From the human T2T-CHM13v2.0 reference genome, Homo sapiens: a DNA stretch of 64,000 nt. The notes beneath the pieces were generated by a model. It was not told where the DNA came from. It searched no databases and saw only the letters and a program-made list of their open reading frames with translations. Shown piece by piece: positions 1 through 15,224 of this stretch (its first letter is position 1; every line of letters starts with the position of its first letter). The translations under genes were made by a program, and so were the position numbers. The stretch is taken from assembly GCF_009914755.1 (NCBI RefSeq), contig NC_060926.1, one strand, 5' to 3'.

Positions 1-161
1 CTCCTCTCCCTACCCCCTCCTCTACTGTCCTCTCTTTTCTCTTTTCTTGTAATTTTGTAAGATAACAAGATTACAAGAGCATTTACAAGTAAGACTACAA
101 GTACAAGAGACAAAATCCTACTATCTACATGGTTATAAAAGATCAATATCCATAAAAATGA

Positions 162-536
<375 letters not shown>

Positions 537-824
537 TGAACTACCTTTCAATCTGCTAACAAACTTTAGGTAATTTCCAAAGTTGAAGGCTTCTAATGAA
601 TTAGGTACTACCAACTTACATTAAGGTACATTTATTAAAACATAATAAATATAAACTATAATGAGATACTTGGAAGACAGAACAAGCCAAAGATTGTTAA
701 AGTTTAAAAAGAACAATCATACTTGACTATAAATTGTCTAAAGGACAAAACATGTCATTGTTTGAAACATTATCATGTTTAATCATGAAATGCCCTTATA
801 TTTAATATAGTAATTTGAGGATGG

Positions 825-1158
825 TGATATGGCTTGGCTCGTCCCCACCCAAGTCACATCTTGAATTCCCACGTGTTGTGAAAGGGACCCAGTGGGAGGT
901 AATTGAAACATGGGGGCAGGTCTTTGCCGTGCTGTTCTCATTATAACGAATAAGTCTCATGAGATCTGAGGGTATCATTAGGGGGAGTTTCCCTGCCCAA
1001 TCTCTCTGTCTCGTACCACCCACCTAAGATATGACTTGCTCCTCCTTGCCTTCCATCATGATTGTGAGGCTTCTGTAAATCCAGTTAAACCTCTTTCTTT
1101 TGTAAATTGTCCAGTCTACGGTATGTCTTCACCAGCAGCGTGAAAATGGACTAATACA
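825..1158 (+). mobile_element. THE1 solo LTR (ERVL-MaLR)
   Basis: TGATATGG...GGACTAATACA termini; near-TSD GATGG/TATGG. Confidence 0.92.
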
Positions 1159-1269
1159 TATGGGAAGGAAATTTGTAAGGATAATTGCTTCCAACTTAAA
1201 TTAATTTTGCATATATAGACATTCTTACGTTACATAGTGCACAGATGATAAAATCAAATACACATGGTA

Positions 1270-1480
1270 CAAGGATCAGCATTAATTGAGAATTTCTTAT
1301 TAGGGTGGTGCAACAGTAATTGCGTTTTTTTTTGTTGTTGTTCTCCATACTGGTAAAAACTGTAATTACTTTTGCACCGACCTAATAGAAATATAAATTC
1401 TTGGGCCCCACCTGAGACTGACTGGATCAGAGACTCTGGAAATGGGGCCCAGCACTCTGTTTTTTAACAAGCTCCTCAAA
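1270..1480 (+). mobile_element. MER5A (hAT-Charlie) split by a MADE1
   Basis: ATCAGCATT...TTA and GAAATATAAATTCTTGGGCCCCACC...TTTTAACAAGCTC match consecutive MER5A sequence either side of the MADE1. Confidence 0.75.
1300..1385. mobile_element. MADE1 mariner MITE
   Basis: TTAGGGTGGTGCAACAGTAATTGC...GTAATTACTTTTGCACCGACCTAA inverted termini, TA on both sides. Confidence 0.9.
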
Positions 1481-1494
1481 AGACTGTATGTATG

Positions 1495-1668
1495 TCTTGA
1501 GTTTTCAAATTTGATCACACATTTCATCATTAGGGAAGCATTAAAAATACTAATTATTGGGTCCCACTCCTAGAGATTCTATTTAATTACTCTGGAGTGA
1601 GGTATGGGCAGGTGATTTTAAAGTTCCCCTGGTAATTATTTTATTGACAACTTAAGTTGAGAACCAAC
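1495..1668. mobile_element. MER5-family hAT element (MER5B/MER5A1-like)
   Basis: GGGTCCCACTCCTAGAGATTCTATTTAATT...AAGTTGAGAACCA motif. Confidence 0.65.
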
Positions 1669-2660
1669 GTTAGTCTTATCCTTGAAATTAAATTGACCAT
1701 CCAATTCCTTGACACAAGGTCCACTTTCAACACAGGCTTCACAATTTGAATATGTCTTCTCTTGTCTGCATCACCAATTTACAAATTCTTCTTTCCACAT
1801 GTGAAGACTACTAAAAAAGTTAAACAACTGCTTAAAGATTAAAGCTGAATCCTCAGAGGGCCTTCCCAATTAATGTAAACGTGCACCCACATATAATCTC
1901 AACCTAAAATGTGCAATTAACTCGTAAAGGCAAATGCAAGTAAAATAAATTAGGTTTGAAAATAGATGCTAGTAAATTCCAGTGAAAACCTGACCCTCAG
2001 TTGTAGCACCTTCAACTCCTAATTACCAGCAGAAACATTTCTAATCATAGGCTTTGCATGTTTTTAAATCCAAATTTTAATATTATTTTTAATGTGTAAC
2101 AGTAGCCATAACCCTAACAGAGATTGTTCATGAAGCTGAAATGTAAAAACAAAAAAAATGATTGCAGCATCTTCTGGTAGGATGAAACCTTTGGGAATCT
2201 GGGCTATTCCAATGACAAAAGCAAAATAAGGCCAGTATGAATTTTATAATAAAACTAGAAATGAGTTGAATCTATATTTATTTATAGTATATTGTCAAAT
2301 AGGGTGAGTGCTTTTTAAAAAATTGCACTCCTTGTCGTTTTGTATGCAGTGCAGGAATAATTTCTCTTGCAGAGATCTGTGCCATTCTTTCTTATAATAA
2401 CTTTAACAGTGAAATTGTGCCTACTAGACTTTGTCAGCTTCTCTTCTGATGTAAATTTTGATTTTAAATAACAATCTGAAAGGTAAATGTGTGTTACTGA
2501 AGAGAGAAACATGTCTGAGGTAAAACATGTTTCCTTGGTTGTAAAGAAGAAATGGTACTGATACTAACCCATGCCGCTAGTTTACCGATACTCTGTAAAA
2601 TCTGGCTATATTTCAGAACCAAACTGTCTAGCTGCTAAATCATTACAATGTGTTCATATC

Positions 2661-3385
2661 CAGTTGTGTGCTGCAGGCCTCTTGTACCAGCTTTTGAGAG
2701 CTTATTTTTATTTTATTTTTTTGAGATAGAGTCTCACTCTGCCACCCAGGCTGGAGTGGAGTGGCACAATCTCAGCTCACTGCAATCTCTGCCTCCCAGA
2801 TTCAAGCAAATCCTCCCACCTCAGCCTCTCGAGTAGCTGGGATTACAGGCATGTGCCATCACACCGGCTTATTTTTGTATGTTTAGTAGAGATGGGGTTC
2901 TACCATGTTAGCCAGGCTAGTCTCCAACTCTTGGCCTCAAGCGATCTGCTCATCTTGGTCTCCCAAAGCGCTGGAATTACAGGCATGAACCACCACACCT
3001 GGTCGTGAGAGCCTATTTGTAAATTTTCACTGATTCTATTTGCCAGCTGTAAAGCAAGTGGCATTTTTTTTTAAAAAAATAATTTTTATGAATTTACAAT
3101 TAAACATATAATGTTTAAAACAAAGGTAATATATACCTGAGACTTCTAATTTCCTGATAATTTTACTACATTGCTCTTGAAGTTATTTGTGTCAGCTGTA
3201 TCTGAATAGTGGAAATAATACATACTAGTGTGTTACTGCATATCATCCTAATTCCACATTCAGAGAATCATGTTGGCAACTTGATATTGGCCAGGGTGGG
3301 AGTATTTACAGCACACAAATAGGCAAACAATACATCAGGGTTCCTCCCCACCAGGAAATGTTAAAACATTTACCAACACAACAAG
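2661..3385 (+). mobile_element. MER63-like hAT-Blackjack element interrupted by an Alu
   Basis: CAGTTGTGTGCTGCAGG...GAGAG start and TTGGCCAGGGTGGGAGTATTTACA...AAACATTTACCAACACA end. Confidence 0.7.
2702..3004 (-). mobile_element. Alu (old AluS/AluJ)
   Basis: Full dimer; TSD TGAGAGC(T/C)TATTT on both sides. Confidence 0.94.
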
Positions 3386-3489
3386 GAATGAAACCTACTA
3401 TAACTATATGTGCATTTAAATCAGATAGTCATTGAAGTATAATGGCATTATCTGCACCCCATGCAAGGATCACAAAACAAAGTCAGCCT

Positions 3490-3672
3490 AAAATGGTTGG
3501 ATTCTAGTTGTAAGCATGCCTGGATTAATAGTCTGGTCCCACTATTTATTAGCTTTGTGTTCTCAAGCAGGTTTCTAAAAGTCTCTAAGTTTCAATTCCT
3601 TTATCTGGGCCATAAAATGTTCTTCATAGATTTGTTATTAAAAAAATTTAATAGAAAGATACGTGTCTGGCA
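3490..3672 (+). mobile_element. MIR
   Basis: Degenerate MIR core (CCACTATTTATTAGCTTTGTG...CTCTAAGTTTCAATTCCTTTATCTG). Confidence 0.6.
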
Positions 3673-4387
3673 GCCCTCCCAACCCTTCTTCGCCTCACCT
3701 CATAAAAGATATACAAGTTTGCTGGTATAGTTATTAGATTATTATATAAAATTTTCGGTATTTTCCTCCTTTGATTCAAGTAAATTGTTATTAAAATAAA
3801 GAAACAGGTCTTGCCCTAGGCCTATTAAAAAAAAAGAAAAAAAGAGAAAATCAGATCAAAGACCTAATAGAAGTTCTTTAATGAGCTCATACTTTATTTT
3901 CCTAATTGTTTTCATGACATTTCTTATCTGAATTGAGACTCTGATTCCAGGGCCTCTCTGTATTTAATGTTATTAGATTGCTTATTACCTTTTTGGTATT
4001 CTCTGAATGAGTATGCTCACTGTGGAAAGGAATCAAGTTCTCTAAAATACAGAGCAACTAAGCAGCAGACACAGCCAGATATAGGACCACACAATTAGTC
4101 TGGATAGTGGAAAAGAGAGAGAATACACTGCTCAACCCACTTTATTGGTCAGGCTCCAGATATTCTATTATATACGTAAAATATTCTATTGTCTATTGTG
4201 TGGTTCTCTAGTGCTTTCTTCCATACCACTGCTGTTGCCTTCTTTACTATGTCAATTACCACCACTTACTTTATCTATACTTTATTCAGAGGTTATATAC
4301 TCAGATGTTTACAGGGACATAATAGTCTAGCACAAGAAAATTTTAGGTAAGCATCCTCCAAATACAGGCATTTAAATTGAGAGGTTA

Positions 4388-4975
4388 CCACCATGGAAAA
4401 CAATACAGAGATTCCTCAAAGAACTAAAAGTAGAACTACCATTTGATCCAGCAATCCCAGTACTGGGTATCTACCCAAAGGAACAGAAGCCATTATATGA
4501 AAAAGACACATGCACACACATGTTTAGAGCAGCACAATTTGCAATTGCAAAGATACTGAACCAACCTTAGTGCCCATCCAACCAACGCCTGGATAAAGAA
4601 AATGTAGTATATATACACCATGGAATACTACTCAGCCATAAAAAGGAATAAAATTATGTCTTTTTCAGCAACTTGGATGGAGCTGGAGGCCATTATATTA
4701 AGTGGAGTAACTCAGGAATGGAAAACCAAATATTGTTTTCTTATCACTTACACCTGGGACGCAAATGCATAAGAATGATGTAATAGACTGTGGGGACTTG
4801 GTGGGGGGAAAGCTGTAAAGGGGGTAGAGGATAAAAGACTACATATTGAGTACAGTGTACTCTGCTCGGGTGATGAGTGCGCTAAAATCTTAGAAATCAC
4901 CATTAAATAACTTACCCATATAACCAAAAACCACCTGTACCTCCAAAACTATTGGAATTTTAAAAAAGAAAAATA
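4388..4975 (+). mobile_element. L1PB-like 3' fragment
   Basis: ORF2 end (GAACTACCATTTGATCCAGCAATCCC) plus L1PB-type 3'UTR and A-rich tail. Confidence 0.88.
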
Positions 4976-5862
4976 TAATAAACAGAAGGGTTAAAAAAAC
5001 CTATTTTTCTACTATTAAAAGTATAACAGTGTTAAATTATTAAAATGTATACTTATTGTATTATATTTTAATAAATATGCTATACATGTCTAAATTATGG
5101 GTAAAGTTTTCCCATAGAAATTTTAAAAAATCTATTGCCATGACTTAAATAAAGCACAAGTCTTAGAAAGCCTGGCTCATTCTGTTACTGTGTTTCAGTA
5201 GACATTATTGAGACAAATGGTAACGAAACATACTGATGCATGAGTACAATGAGAGTAGTTAAATTTGCAACTTCATGTGACAATACATTTTTACTATTTT
5301 CAAAAGTAAGAGAATCTATTGAAAGTGGGAATTTTGCCATCAACAAAAATATTATCTTAAACTAATATTGAGTTTGTCAGTCAGAATCATACGACTCTAC
5401 GGAAATGAAAACAATGATTTACCAATTATGTAATCTCAGTCTGAATCATTTATTCTTCCCAGAAGATAACATATACATGCCAATAAGAAACATGTCCTCC
5501 TCCCTTACCCCAAATGTTACTCCATGAACTATTCTCTTTGACAAGTTTAATCACTACAGACCTAAGATTAATAATGAACATTTGAGAGTGTCCTGTTAGC
5601 CGCGTAATAACCACTTCCTAATAAAATCTGCAATGTTTAAATCCATTTATTTTAGCTGAGAATATTGTTTCTGCCTCACAAATAGGAATTATTCAGAAGT
5701 TATCATTAAAGCGCACAATCAGGTCCAAAAGTTTGTAACAAAAATGCCATATCTTCTGCCTCTTTTACCTGTACTCATAAAGAAATAAATAGCCCTTTAA
5801 GGAGGGTGTAGTGGTAGGGTATCCTATCTGACACAATCTGTAATAATAACATGTCTCACTCA

Positions 5863-6000
<138 letters not shown>

Positions 6001-9000
6001 TTAATAAACAAAAAATCAATTTAGAGGCATTTTGAACATCAAGGATATAATTAAGCATGCAATATTCCTTTCATACATAAGATAGTATGTTTCTCTATTA
6101 AAATAAAATATTTTAAAAGTCCATTTTTATTTAAGGCTTCTGAATACCAGCTTGCTTGTCTTCTCTAAAGTTCACATGCTTTGCCCTTCAATTATCAATG
6201 ACTGCTAAATGACAAGATAGTCAGTAACCCTCACACAATTCCATAAATGAAGCTATGAATTCATTATTTTAAACTTTTGCCCAGCACATGCTTATGAATA
6301 TAAGGTTGAATTAAGTTTCATCCAACTCTTAATTAACAAAAAAAAGAATTGTGGATAGCATTTGCTAATAAACCAAGAAAACTTTTTTTGTAGTATTGTA
6401 GAAGGCATTATTTGGAGACGATCTCAGGATATCTAGTTTCTAATCATGGGGTCGAATTGTCCTATTCCTCTAACATTTTTAATGCATTTATTTCTTGATC
6501 TCTAAATGATCTGCTGTATGCAGTGAGAGTGCAGAGAATATTTTCTAAAACATACATTTGGCCTTAAGGTGTTTTTTTTTTTTAACTCACTTTTCAGCAC
6601 AATTATTTTAAAAAGTATGACTTTTTAATCAAGGTATATTAATGAACTTTGCTTTGGGCTCTCTTAAGGGTTTCAATGAACACAAACATGGAATCTTCCT
6701 TTCTGTGTTAGCCGGAGGCAGTGGTTTATTCAGAAAAGGGGTTATGTTCAAGAGGAAATTTGATAATCCTTTTCTAGTATAATCAGGGCAACTTTTAAAA
6801 AGCATGAAAGCTTAAATAGCTTCCCTGCCTCTTCCCCCAGGCCTTTGGTAGTGACATGCTTAGTTGTTTTTATCCTCTGATTTTCATTTCTTTTTTTCTT
6901 CTGTCCCTCTGAACTACGAATATGTCTTTATGAGTCTCGATATCCCATCTACCCTTTCCTTTCATTGGACTAGAGAAAAAAATGAGATATATTGGGAAAG
7001 GGATACTCAGTCCTGTGAAAATTGTGGATAGGTGAGGCTTGAACAGATAGTGAATAATTGGGGTCGAAGTATCAGTGGCTGCAATAAGGGAATCTTGCTG
7101 AGTTTATAGACTTCCTTTTTCCTAGGTTTCAGAACCATTGTTTGTCTCATCAACACACTTTGTGAACTTGGGTACTAATGGTTGATATAAGAAAGAGTGG
7201 AGCAAAGCCAACTCAATCAAATGCACTAAAATGGGTTCCATGAATTAGGGCTTCAGAAATCATTGAAAATAATTTCCTAAAAGATATATACATTGTTCTA
7301 TCCTTTTAAGAAAAGTGCACTTGCAGTGTTAAGATGTATATTCATTATTTGTGAATATTTTAAAGATTATCCAAGAAAAACAAATGAAAAATTTACTGGC
7401 TTGGTTTGATACATTAGATTGTTCCTAGTCTTAGTGTCTAAAATTAGAAATATCAGGAAAATTATTGTAGTATGTATTTTGCTTTGCTTATGTGATAAGG
7501 TTCCTACATCTAAAATATTTTATGCACTATCTGATTTTTTACATTTTACAAATTCATCATTTATTTTAAATTAACAGATTTTAAATATTCCAGCAAACAT
7601 GTATGCTTCTGAAGTTTTTAATGTTAAAATTACAAGTAAAATTAAATAATTCTATATTGTCTCATTTAATTCCACATATTTTCTGGTAAATTATTCTGTC
7701 ATCTATACGAAAATGAATAAAGTTCTTAGATAATTGTTATAAAATTATTTCTGCTGAGAAAAAAACTATATATGTATTTGTATTAACCTAGAGAAGGATA
7801 TAGAAATATACACAAAATCTAATGTCATTAGTTTACTTGACAGGAAGGGGTAAAAATAGAAGTGTGAGAGAGATTAATAATTTTTCCCTTACATATCTGT
7901 GTTTCACTGGTTACAATAAATACCTTTTTATCTTTTAAGAGAAATTTAATAACAGAATTTTTTTCAATTCTTGTTTACTTCCTTTCACCCTAACTGGCCT
8001 CTTTGTTTTCCCTTATTTTTTCTCTTTTCTTTTTCATTTCCATACCTTTCTTCCTCCTTCATTCTTTAACTATTTCATTCCTTCAGTCTTTTCTATATTC
8101 TTGCTTTATATAAATAGACATTATCACATATTTCTATCTAAAATTCTAATTGGCCTGTAATAAGAATATATTAAATTTATCAAAACCAATGTTCTTTTAT
8201 TTGACATTCTTATGTCACTGTATTCTTGCCTAATAATTCAGGTTTAGTTCTAGCAAAGTTTTATCAGATTGTTTTGTTTCATTAGGAAAGCTATGGTGAT
8301 TAGAGAGGAAAATGAGAAAGAACTTCTATGAACCTGTCTCATATTGTGTATGACCCATCTCACATTGTGATGGTGTGGGAATTTGTGTTACCTCATTAAC
8401 TCTGAAGCTGGAGGAACTGTTATGACCTATTATTCCAAAGAGTATTCACTGGATTATTATAGAGTGGAAAGTATGCCCTGAAGATATATGAATTCATTGT
8501 CTGTTCTAATCATGGAGAAAATTATTCACTTAGTCTACCAGGCAATTTTAACTGATTTCAGATGAGAAAGATGCTTTATTCCACAAACCCCCAAGGACTA
8601 TTTATCTATATGATATAATCAAGTTGACTAAATTATCACTTTCTAATCAATGAATTTTTCTGAAAACAAACTCACAACATTCACTTTTTCATCTCTTGTC
8701 TCCATCAGATCTAAGTTAGTTTGGAGGCAAGATTAGCAGAGCAGCCCCATAGGACTCTAATTTTGTGGCAAATGCTTCTCTAAGGAGGAAGAAATTTACA
8801 CCTCCTTCAAGAGAATTGTTTATCTAGCTGCTGAATCAGAGATTTGCTGTAAACATGCTTCTCCTATAGCCATGTAACAGTGAGAATTCTCACAAGGCAC
8901 ACCAACCATACAGCCAAGAGGAGACTAGAGGATAGCACTATTCCTAAACTTCACTTTTCCTGTATTTTAATCAAAGCATTCTTAGTTTTATTTAATGTCA

Positions 9001-9639
9001 TATCAAAATGCACTATTATTTTGTAAAGAAAAGTCTAATTTTTAAATACATTAGGGTTTTTTAAAATCAATTATACTTATCTAGTATGAATTGAGTTATA
9101 ATTGGTAGAGGATGTGAGAAGAGCAAATATTATGTAATCTAACCAGAGCGCTATGGTGGGGAGAAATGTTGATATGAAACTGTCTAGGCTTGAATATAAG
9201 GAATGATCATGTTACTATGAGGAAACATAATTTCAAATCTAACTACTTTTCATCTTCAGTCTCTGGGTCTCCCTCAGAAGTAGACAACAATATTCTGGAT
9301 GTTGACGGAGAACGGCTACCAACACCCTGACTGTGTCCACTTGCTCCAGCCCACTGTGTATGTGCTGTTTCCTCTTCTGGGCAAATTCTCCAACCCTTTC
9401 TCTTATTATTCACTTCGCCGCATCCTGGACAATCTATTCTGGTCAATTGTTCTTTTTTTTTTCCCAGTGAAATATTTCTACCATCTAGAAAGGTATAGGA
9501 AATAATATCATTAACATCAGTTTACTGTTATATAGCTATATCAAATCTTATTTTTTTCTATATTTGTTACAGATTTTTATTTTTGTTTTATCTAAGAAAA
9601 AAATGTATGTACTTACATTTGAAATTTCCTACATAATCT

Positions 9640-10262
9640 TTCTCAATCACATTTCCCTCCCTCTCTTTCCAGAGGTAACTACTTTTAATTTGTTTTTATT
9701 TTTTTAATTTCTGGACATATTATAATACTATTCCTATTTATGAATTCATAAACACTATATAAAATTATTTTATATTTTATACTTCATATAAATAGTACTG
9801 TTTATTTTCTTCAATTTAGTGTTTTTTTTTTCCTTGGATGAGAGTATCTCATGTAATTTAACTTTATTTTTAAATTCATTTTTGTTGATATTTGAGTTCT
9901 CGTTCAGTTATTTTAATTATGAATAGCATTTCTTTCATGAATAGAACACGATATATCTATCCATTCTTCTGTTAATGGACATTTCAATTGTTTCAGTTTT
10001 TCACTATTATAGCACAAGACAATGAAAATTTTTATTCACATCTCTCTCTTCGTGCACAGGTATTAGATTATCAACATAGAAATAGAATTACAAAGTTGAA
10101 GGTATGCACATCTTCACATTTATTGAATTTGGCCAAATCACCTTCCAAGATAGAAAATCAATTCACATACCCAGCAAGAGTGTATGACAATTCCTTCTTC
10201 CCACAGTATTGCCAATGCTGAGTTTTACCAGATTATTTTACTTTTTCTAATTGAATGGCTGG
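9640..10262 (-). mobile_element. Old L1 (L1ME-like) fragment
   Basis: ATCCATTCTTCTGTTAATGGACATTT...TGTTTCAGTTTTTCACTATTAT, typical antisense L1M 3' region. Confidence 0.7.
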
Positions 10263-10289
10263 AACTGTCACTTAGGAATTTTTCTTAAG

Positions 10290-10545
10290 CTTTTTATAAG
10301 GCTTAGCTTAGACAGTGCTTCCTTTAAGAAGTCCTCCCAGATAGCTGAAGACCAAATTCCTTACTCTTCCCATGTACTTCCATGTGGATCAACTTAGCAA
10401 TTTGAATATTGCATTAGAATGGCCTGCTTATACTTCTTTCTCCCAGTCTTCACTCTTAGCTTCTTGAGGAAAGGCATTGTGTATTTTCTTTCATTCTATC
10501 ACCAGTGCTTTGGTAGATATTTAATGAAGTAAACAAATTCACGAA
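10290..10545 (+). mobile_element. L2 3' end
   Basis: TTAGCTTCTTGAGGAAAGGCATTGTGT...ATATTTAATGAA motif. Confidence 0.55.
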
Positions 10546-11072
10546 GTAGAAATTTTAGAAAAAATAGGAAATTGGCTTATTGTGGACAAGGGTTTTCTTT
10601 TAGATATAAAATAATCACAATGCAAACAGCTACAGGATGGCGGATTCAATAACAAAGTAACTTCCCATTGGAAAGTCTTTTTATCTAGCATATATGTCCA
10701 TGTATTCACTTATATCTAGCAATGGATTGAAATCCAGAAAGAAATATGGTCTACATAAATATGCCATTTTTTTCCAGTATGGTAAGCTATGTGACCTATT
10801 TATATATTTTGATGAAGTGAAATGGAGGTACTTTGTAACTTGACTATGTACTTCATTGCTTGCAAAGCAAAAGGCATGTTTATTTTTCTTTGTTCTTTTT
10901 ATTCGAGTTCTTAAGGTATCCAGTGACTATAATAGCTGTCATAAATATACTGACGAAAAGATCTAGTAGTGAGCAGCAGACTTCATCTGGCAGCTCTTAA
11001 GGTGGCATTTAAGTAAGTTATGTTCTATTTCCTAGTAGACCACAGGACTTGAATATTTTAGATATCTTATTA

Positions 11073-11150
11073 TTAGGTTGGTGCAAAAGTAATTGTGGTT
11101 TGGCCATTGAAAATAATGGCAAAAGCAACAATTATTTTTGCACCAACTAA
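11073..11150. mobile_element. MADE1 mariner MITE
   Basis: TTAGGTTGGTGCAAAAGTAATTG...CAATTATTTTTGCACCAACTAA. Confidence 0.92.
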
Positions 11151-11412
11151 CAATTAAAACTGTTTTATTTGCTCTTATACATAAACGTTTTTACTTTTAC
11201 TACTATAAATAGCTAGCCAATCACAAATGCTTCTTTAAAAACCATGTAGAAACCAGCAGATTTTAAAAATCTAATAGTAATGAAGTAAACATGGTGTTAT
11301 AAATTGAGCCAGCAATGCCTTCTATTTTAAGGTGAAAACAGATGATGTTTGTTTAGGATGTTATAAAGCATAATCTGTGAATTGAATCTTAACCTCAAAA
11401 GAATAATAATTG

Positions 11413-11706
11413 GGCTTGGCATGGTGGCTCACACCTGCAATCCAAGCACTTTGAGAGGCCTAAGTGGGCACATCACTTGCAGCCAGGAGTTTGAGACTAG
11501 CCTGGCCAACATGGTGAATCCCTGTTCTCTACTAAAAATAAGAAAAAGCCAGGCATGGTGGTGTGTGCCTGTAGTCCTAGCTACTCTGGTAGCTGAGGCA
11601 TGAGAATTGCTTGCACCTGGGAGGCGAAAGTTGCAGTGAGCTGAGATCATGCCACTGTACTCTAACTTGGGAGACAGAGCAAGACTGTCGAAAAAAAAGA
11701 AGAAGA
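11413..11706 (+). mobile_element. Alu (diverged S/J)
   Basis: Full dimer with A/AAG tail; antisense to LRP1B. Confidence 0.93.
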
Positions 11707-11839
11707 ATTGCACTCATTTAGAAAGATGTCTCATTATGAATTATAATCATATGGCAAGAGCAACTTGAGCTAAGTTGAACTGACCATACCTAAAATTCTA
11801 GCTAATATGCAGGATAATATCATTTGGGATAAAGAGAAA

Positions 11840-11998
11840 TGACCTTGGAGACAAAACTCTTGGATCAAGTTTCCCCTGATCTTTTACCAATGATGTTAAG
11901 TTTAGGCAAGTTCCCTCTGCCATGCCCATCTATAAGATGGATAGCTTGGAGGGTAGGGACTTAGGACTGGATGGTCTCTGGAGGTCCTTTTCTCTTAG
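11840..11998 (+). mobile_element. MIR3/MIR
   Basis: CATCTATAAGATGG core and GGACTGGATGGTCTCTGGAGGTCCTTT tail. Confidence 0.6.
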
Positions 11999-13241
11999 AA
12001 AGTCTTTTGTAAAACAAAAGATTTGCTATGAGACAAAAAGATCTTGCAAAACATTCATTTACTTTAAAATGTCAGATCAGATTTTTAATCAGGGGACAAG
12101 AGAATAACTGGCCCATGGATCCTCAGCAAATTTGTCACTATGGAAAAAATCTGAATAGAAGACATAGACTAGGACTCTGGAATGATGGCAGTTTTGCTCT
12201 TGCCAGTGTTGTTTTGTACATAGGGAAAATCTGGAAACAATTTATAGTTAATACTCTTACCGTGCTGGAAAAAAAAGCTCAAGGAAATCAAAAGTGCAGA
12301 GAGGTATGTCTTTCCAAGAAAAAAGCTGGTGGTGACCAAGAATGGAAACCAGTCTTCTCAACCCCTGGGTCTTCTCTCTAGAGGTTGCCCTGTATTTTTC
12401 ACTGGTAATTTATAACACTTGTTATTGAGTAAGGCTTATTTTGGCAAAGACAGAAAGAGTTGATGGGGTGATTAATATGTTTTGATGTTGCTCTATATAA
12501 TGGTTTAAAAAATCAGTTTTTATGAATCATATCAATATGAGTCATCAAATACACTATTTTTTTCTTTATCATTTAAAAAGAAGCACTAGGCTGCTGCTAG
12601 TCAGTATCATTTTTCAACATTTATCTGATTAATAATGACCTTTCTGGCACTCCATTGTAAACTATACCACAAGCTGTGTATTTCCATTCAATGAGAATCT
12701 GGCTAGGGATTCAAAGATCTATTACAATAGAGTAGATTATATGGAAATATAAATAGGCTAGTGGTCTTGAGATTTCATGGGGAAAAAAACCTACTTCACA
12801 TAAATAATGTGCATGAATAGAAAACTATTCACAGAGGTATTCTATAGTAGACTAAATAAAATTTATAAATTATTTTCTCAAGGTTAAAAAAAAAATCCTC
12901 CTTGTGAGATGGCCTATATCACAGCATGCTAGCAAACATCAACCTCCACTGCCAAGTAGGATTTAGTAGGGACAAGTCTTGTACAAGTAGTGTGTCGACA
13001 GTCAACCCACATGGATAGATGAAGTGCCAAATTAGTCTGGAAAGCAGAGTAGTGTCCAAAGATTAAGTAAAAGATAATTTGTATTCTAGCCTTTGTGGCA
13101 TCAAACTCTGAATTCATTTACTACTGCAATAATCAGATCATCAGCACTAGGAAAGTTCAGCTTAGTTCAAAGCATTTACTTGCATTTTTATTAAGACTAA
13201 CTTTGGAGGAGATTTACGTGTATATCCAAGCAAACCTTTAC

Positions 13242-13367
13242 CTGTGCAAGTTTGATTGGATTCATCTTCATTGCTCCCACAGTCATTAGCTCCATCACAA
13301 AGCCATCTCTTGGGGATGCAGCGATTATTCTGGCATTTAAACTGATCATCAGGACAGCTATGATTGA
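13242..13367 (-). CDS. LRP1B: LRP1B internal coding exon (probable exon 17), LDLa repeat
   Basis: 126 nt; acceptor cctcccag|TC, donor ACAG|gtaaag; (F)[41 protein letters not shown]; phase 1 to 1. Confidence 0.96.
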
Positions 13368-13633
13368 CTGGGAGGGAGGGGGAAGCAAGTTTAATTATTT
13401 AAAATTGGATAAAGTTGTGAATATTTTGAATGACAGTTACAGAAAAGTTACAGTAATAATATTATAGTACAATAAATGTCATAGAGTCTGTCATTCATTG
13501 CCTTATATTTAATAGCAAATACTAATATTCACTTTGTTAAAATGTAATGCTTTTATAAAAAACATCAAGTAATTACATCTTAAATAAAAGGAAATGTATT
13601 CTTTTTTTATGTCTCCATTAAAACCAACTGTAT

Positions 13634-13954
<321 letters not shown>

Positions 13955-15224
13955 TCATTCCTTAAACCAACTGGAGACTTCACTTAAAAATTTTTTACCA
14001 AGAACATTTAAAATTAACCTCAAATCTTAATGTTAAACATAACAAGTATGTATTGAAAATAATTTAGTCATATATATTAAAAATATTTTTTAAACCACAT
14101 AACCATTCAAATATTTCTTAACATATTAAATAAGCCTACTTTTATTACTCTCTGTCCAGTGTTTCTTGGGAATGGAAGGAGGAACACAGAAAAGAAAATG
14201 AAAACACAGAAAAGAAAAATGCATCACTTGCGACCTAGAGTTGATGTTAACTATGAGATTCTGTATTACTTAAAAAAAAAAATCATCATGAGTTTTCTTC
14301 CCTAGTACAAACAAACATGCAACCACAGAAAATACTTAGGAGGTGACCAATCCTCATCTGGGAAGCTGTGCACAGCTAAGGATTAAACTTCCAATATCCA
14401 AGCACAACAGGAGGGCCATCTTAATGTTAACCTTCTATGATTATTTTTCCTCCATTCCAGAGGCTAAATTCCTAACTGAATTGGCATGCTCTTCAATATG
14501 TGTTTCACAATTTCAACGCTGTTTTTAAGGGTAATTTTCTTTATGCCCAGTAGTTACACTTCGTATGATAAAAACAAATGTTTATATTTGTTTTACTGAG
14601 AATTTGAAAAATTGTTGTTTTATCATGCTTGTTGAGTAGCAAATGCGTGCATTTCCAGTTAGTTTCTATAAAACAGTTTTTCTTTAAAGTAGCTTTGTTG
14701 ATACGTGGTTTTATCACTTTTTAGAAAGTTTTTATTGATGTATAGTAAAAAAACAAAACAAAACAAAAAAATAGGGAGAAAAGCTTTATATTCTCTGGTA
14801 TTTGAGCATGATTTACATTTTCTACTCACTTCAGGGACTTTAGCAAGAATAAATGCCGAGAGAAATATAAGTCATCTGATGTATTAGAGAGCCAACAATT
14901 TAAAGTACCAATATTATACATATGCACTTCAGTGAGGCTTAATCAAGGACTTTTGCAATTTTCAACAATAAAGTAATAAACAGGAATTCAAACACCTTTT
15001 GGTATGGAGCCAAAACACTGAAGGAATAGAAAGTAGAATAACAAAATTCAAGGTTGCAGATTATGGGTGTTTAATATTTAAAATAATCCTCTGAAATTAC
15101 CTATGTAGTATTAGAATATTAACCATGAGATCTCAGAAATAAAATGTTGCTCAGAATCACTGCAATGCTTAGGGAAGATGACATAGTGCTGGAAGGTGGT
15201 CAGAGGTGTGTAACTGCTTATTGC

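Noticed and set aside
57-115. Recurrent ACAAG motif
   Set aside because: Short degenerate simple repeat without regular spacing.
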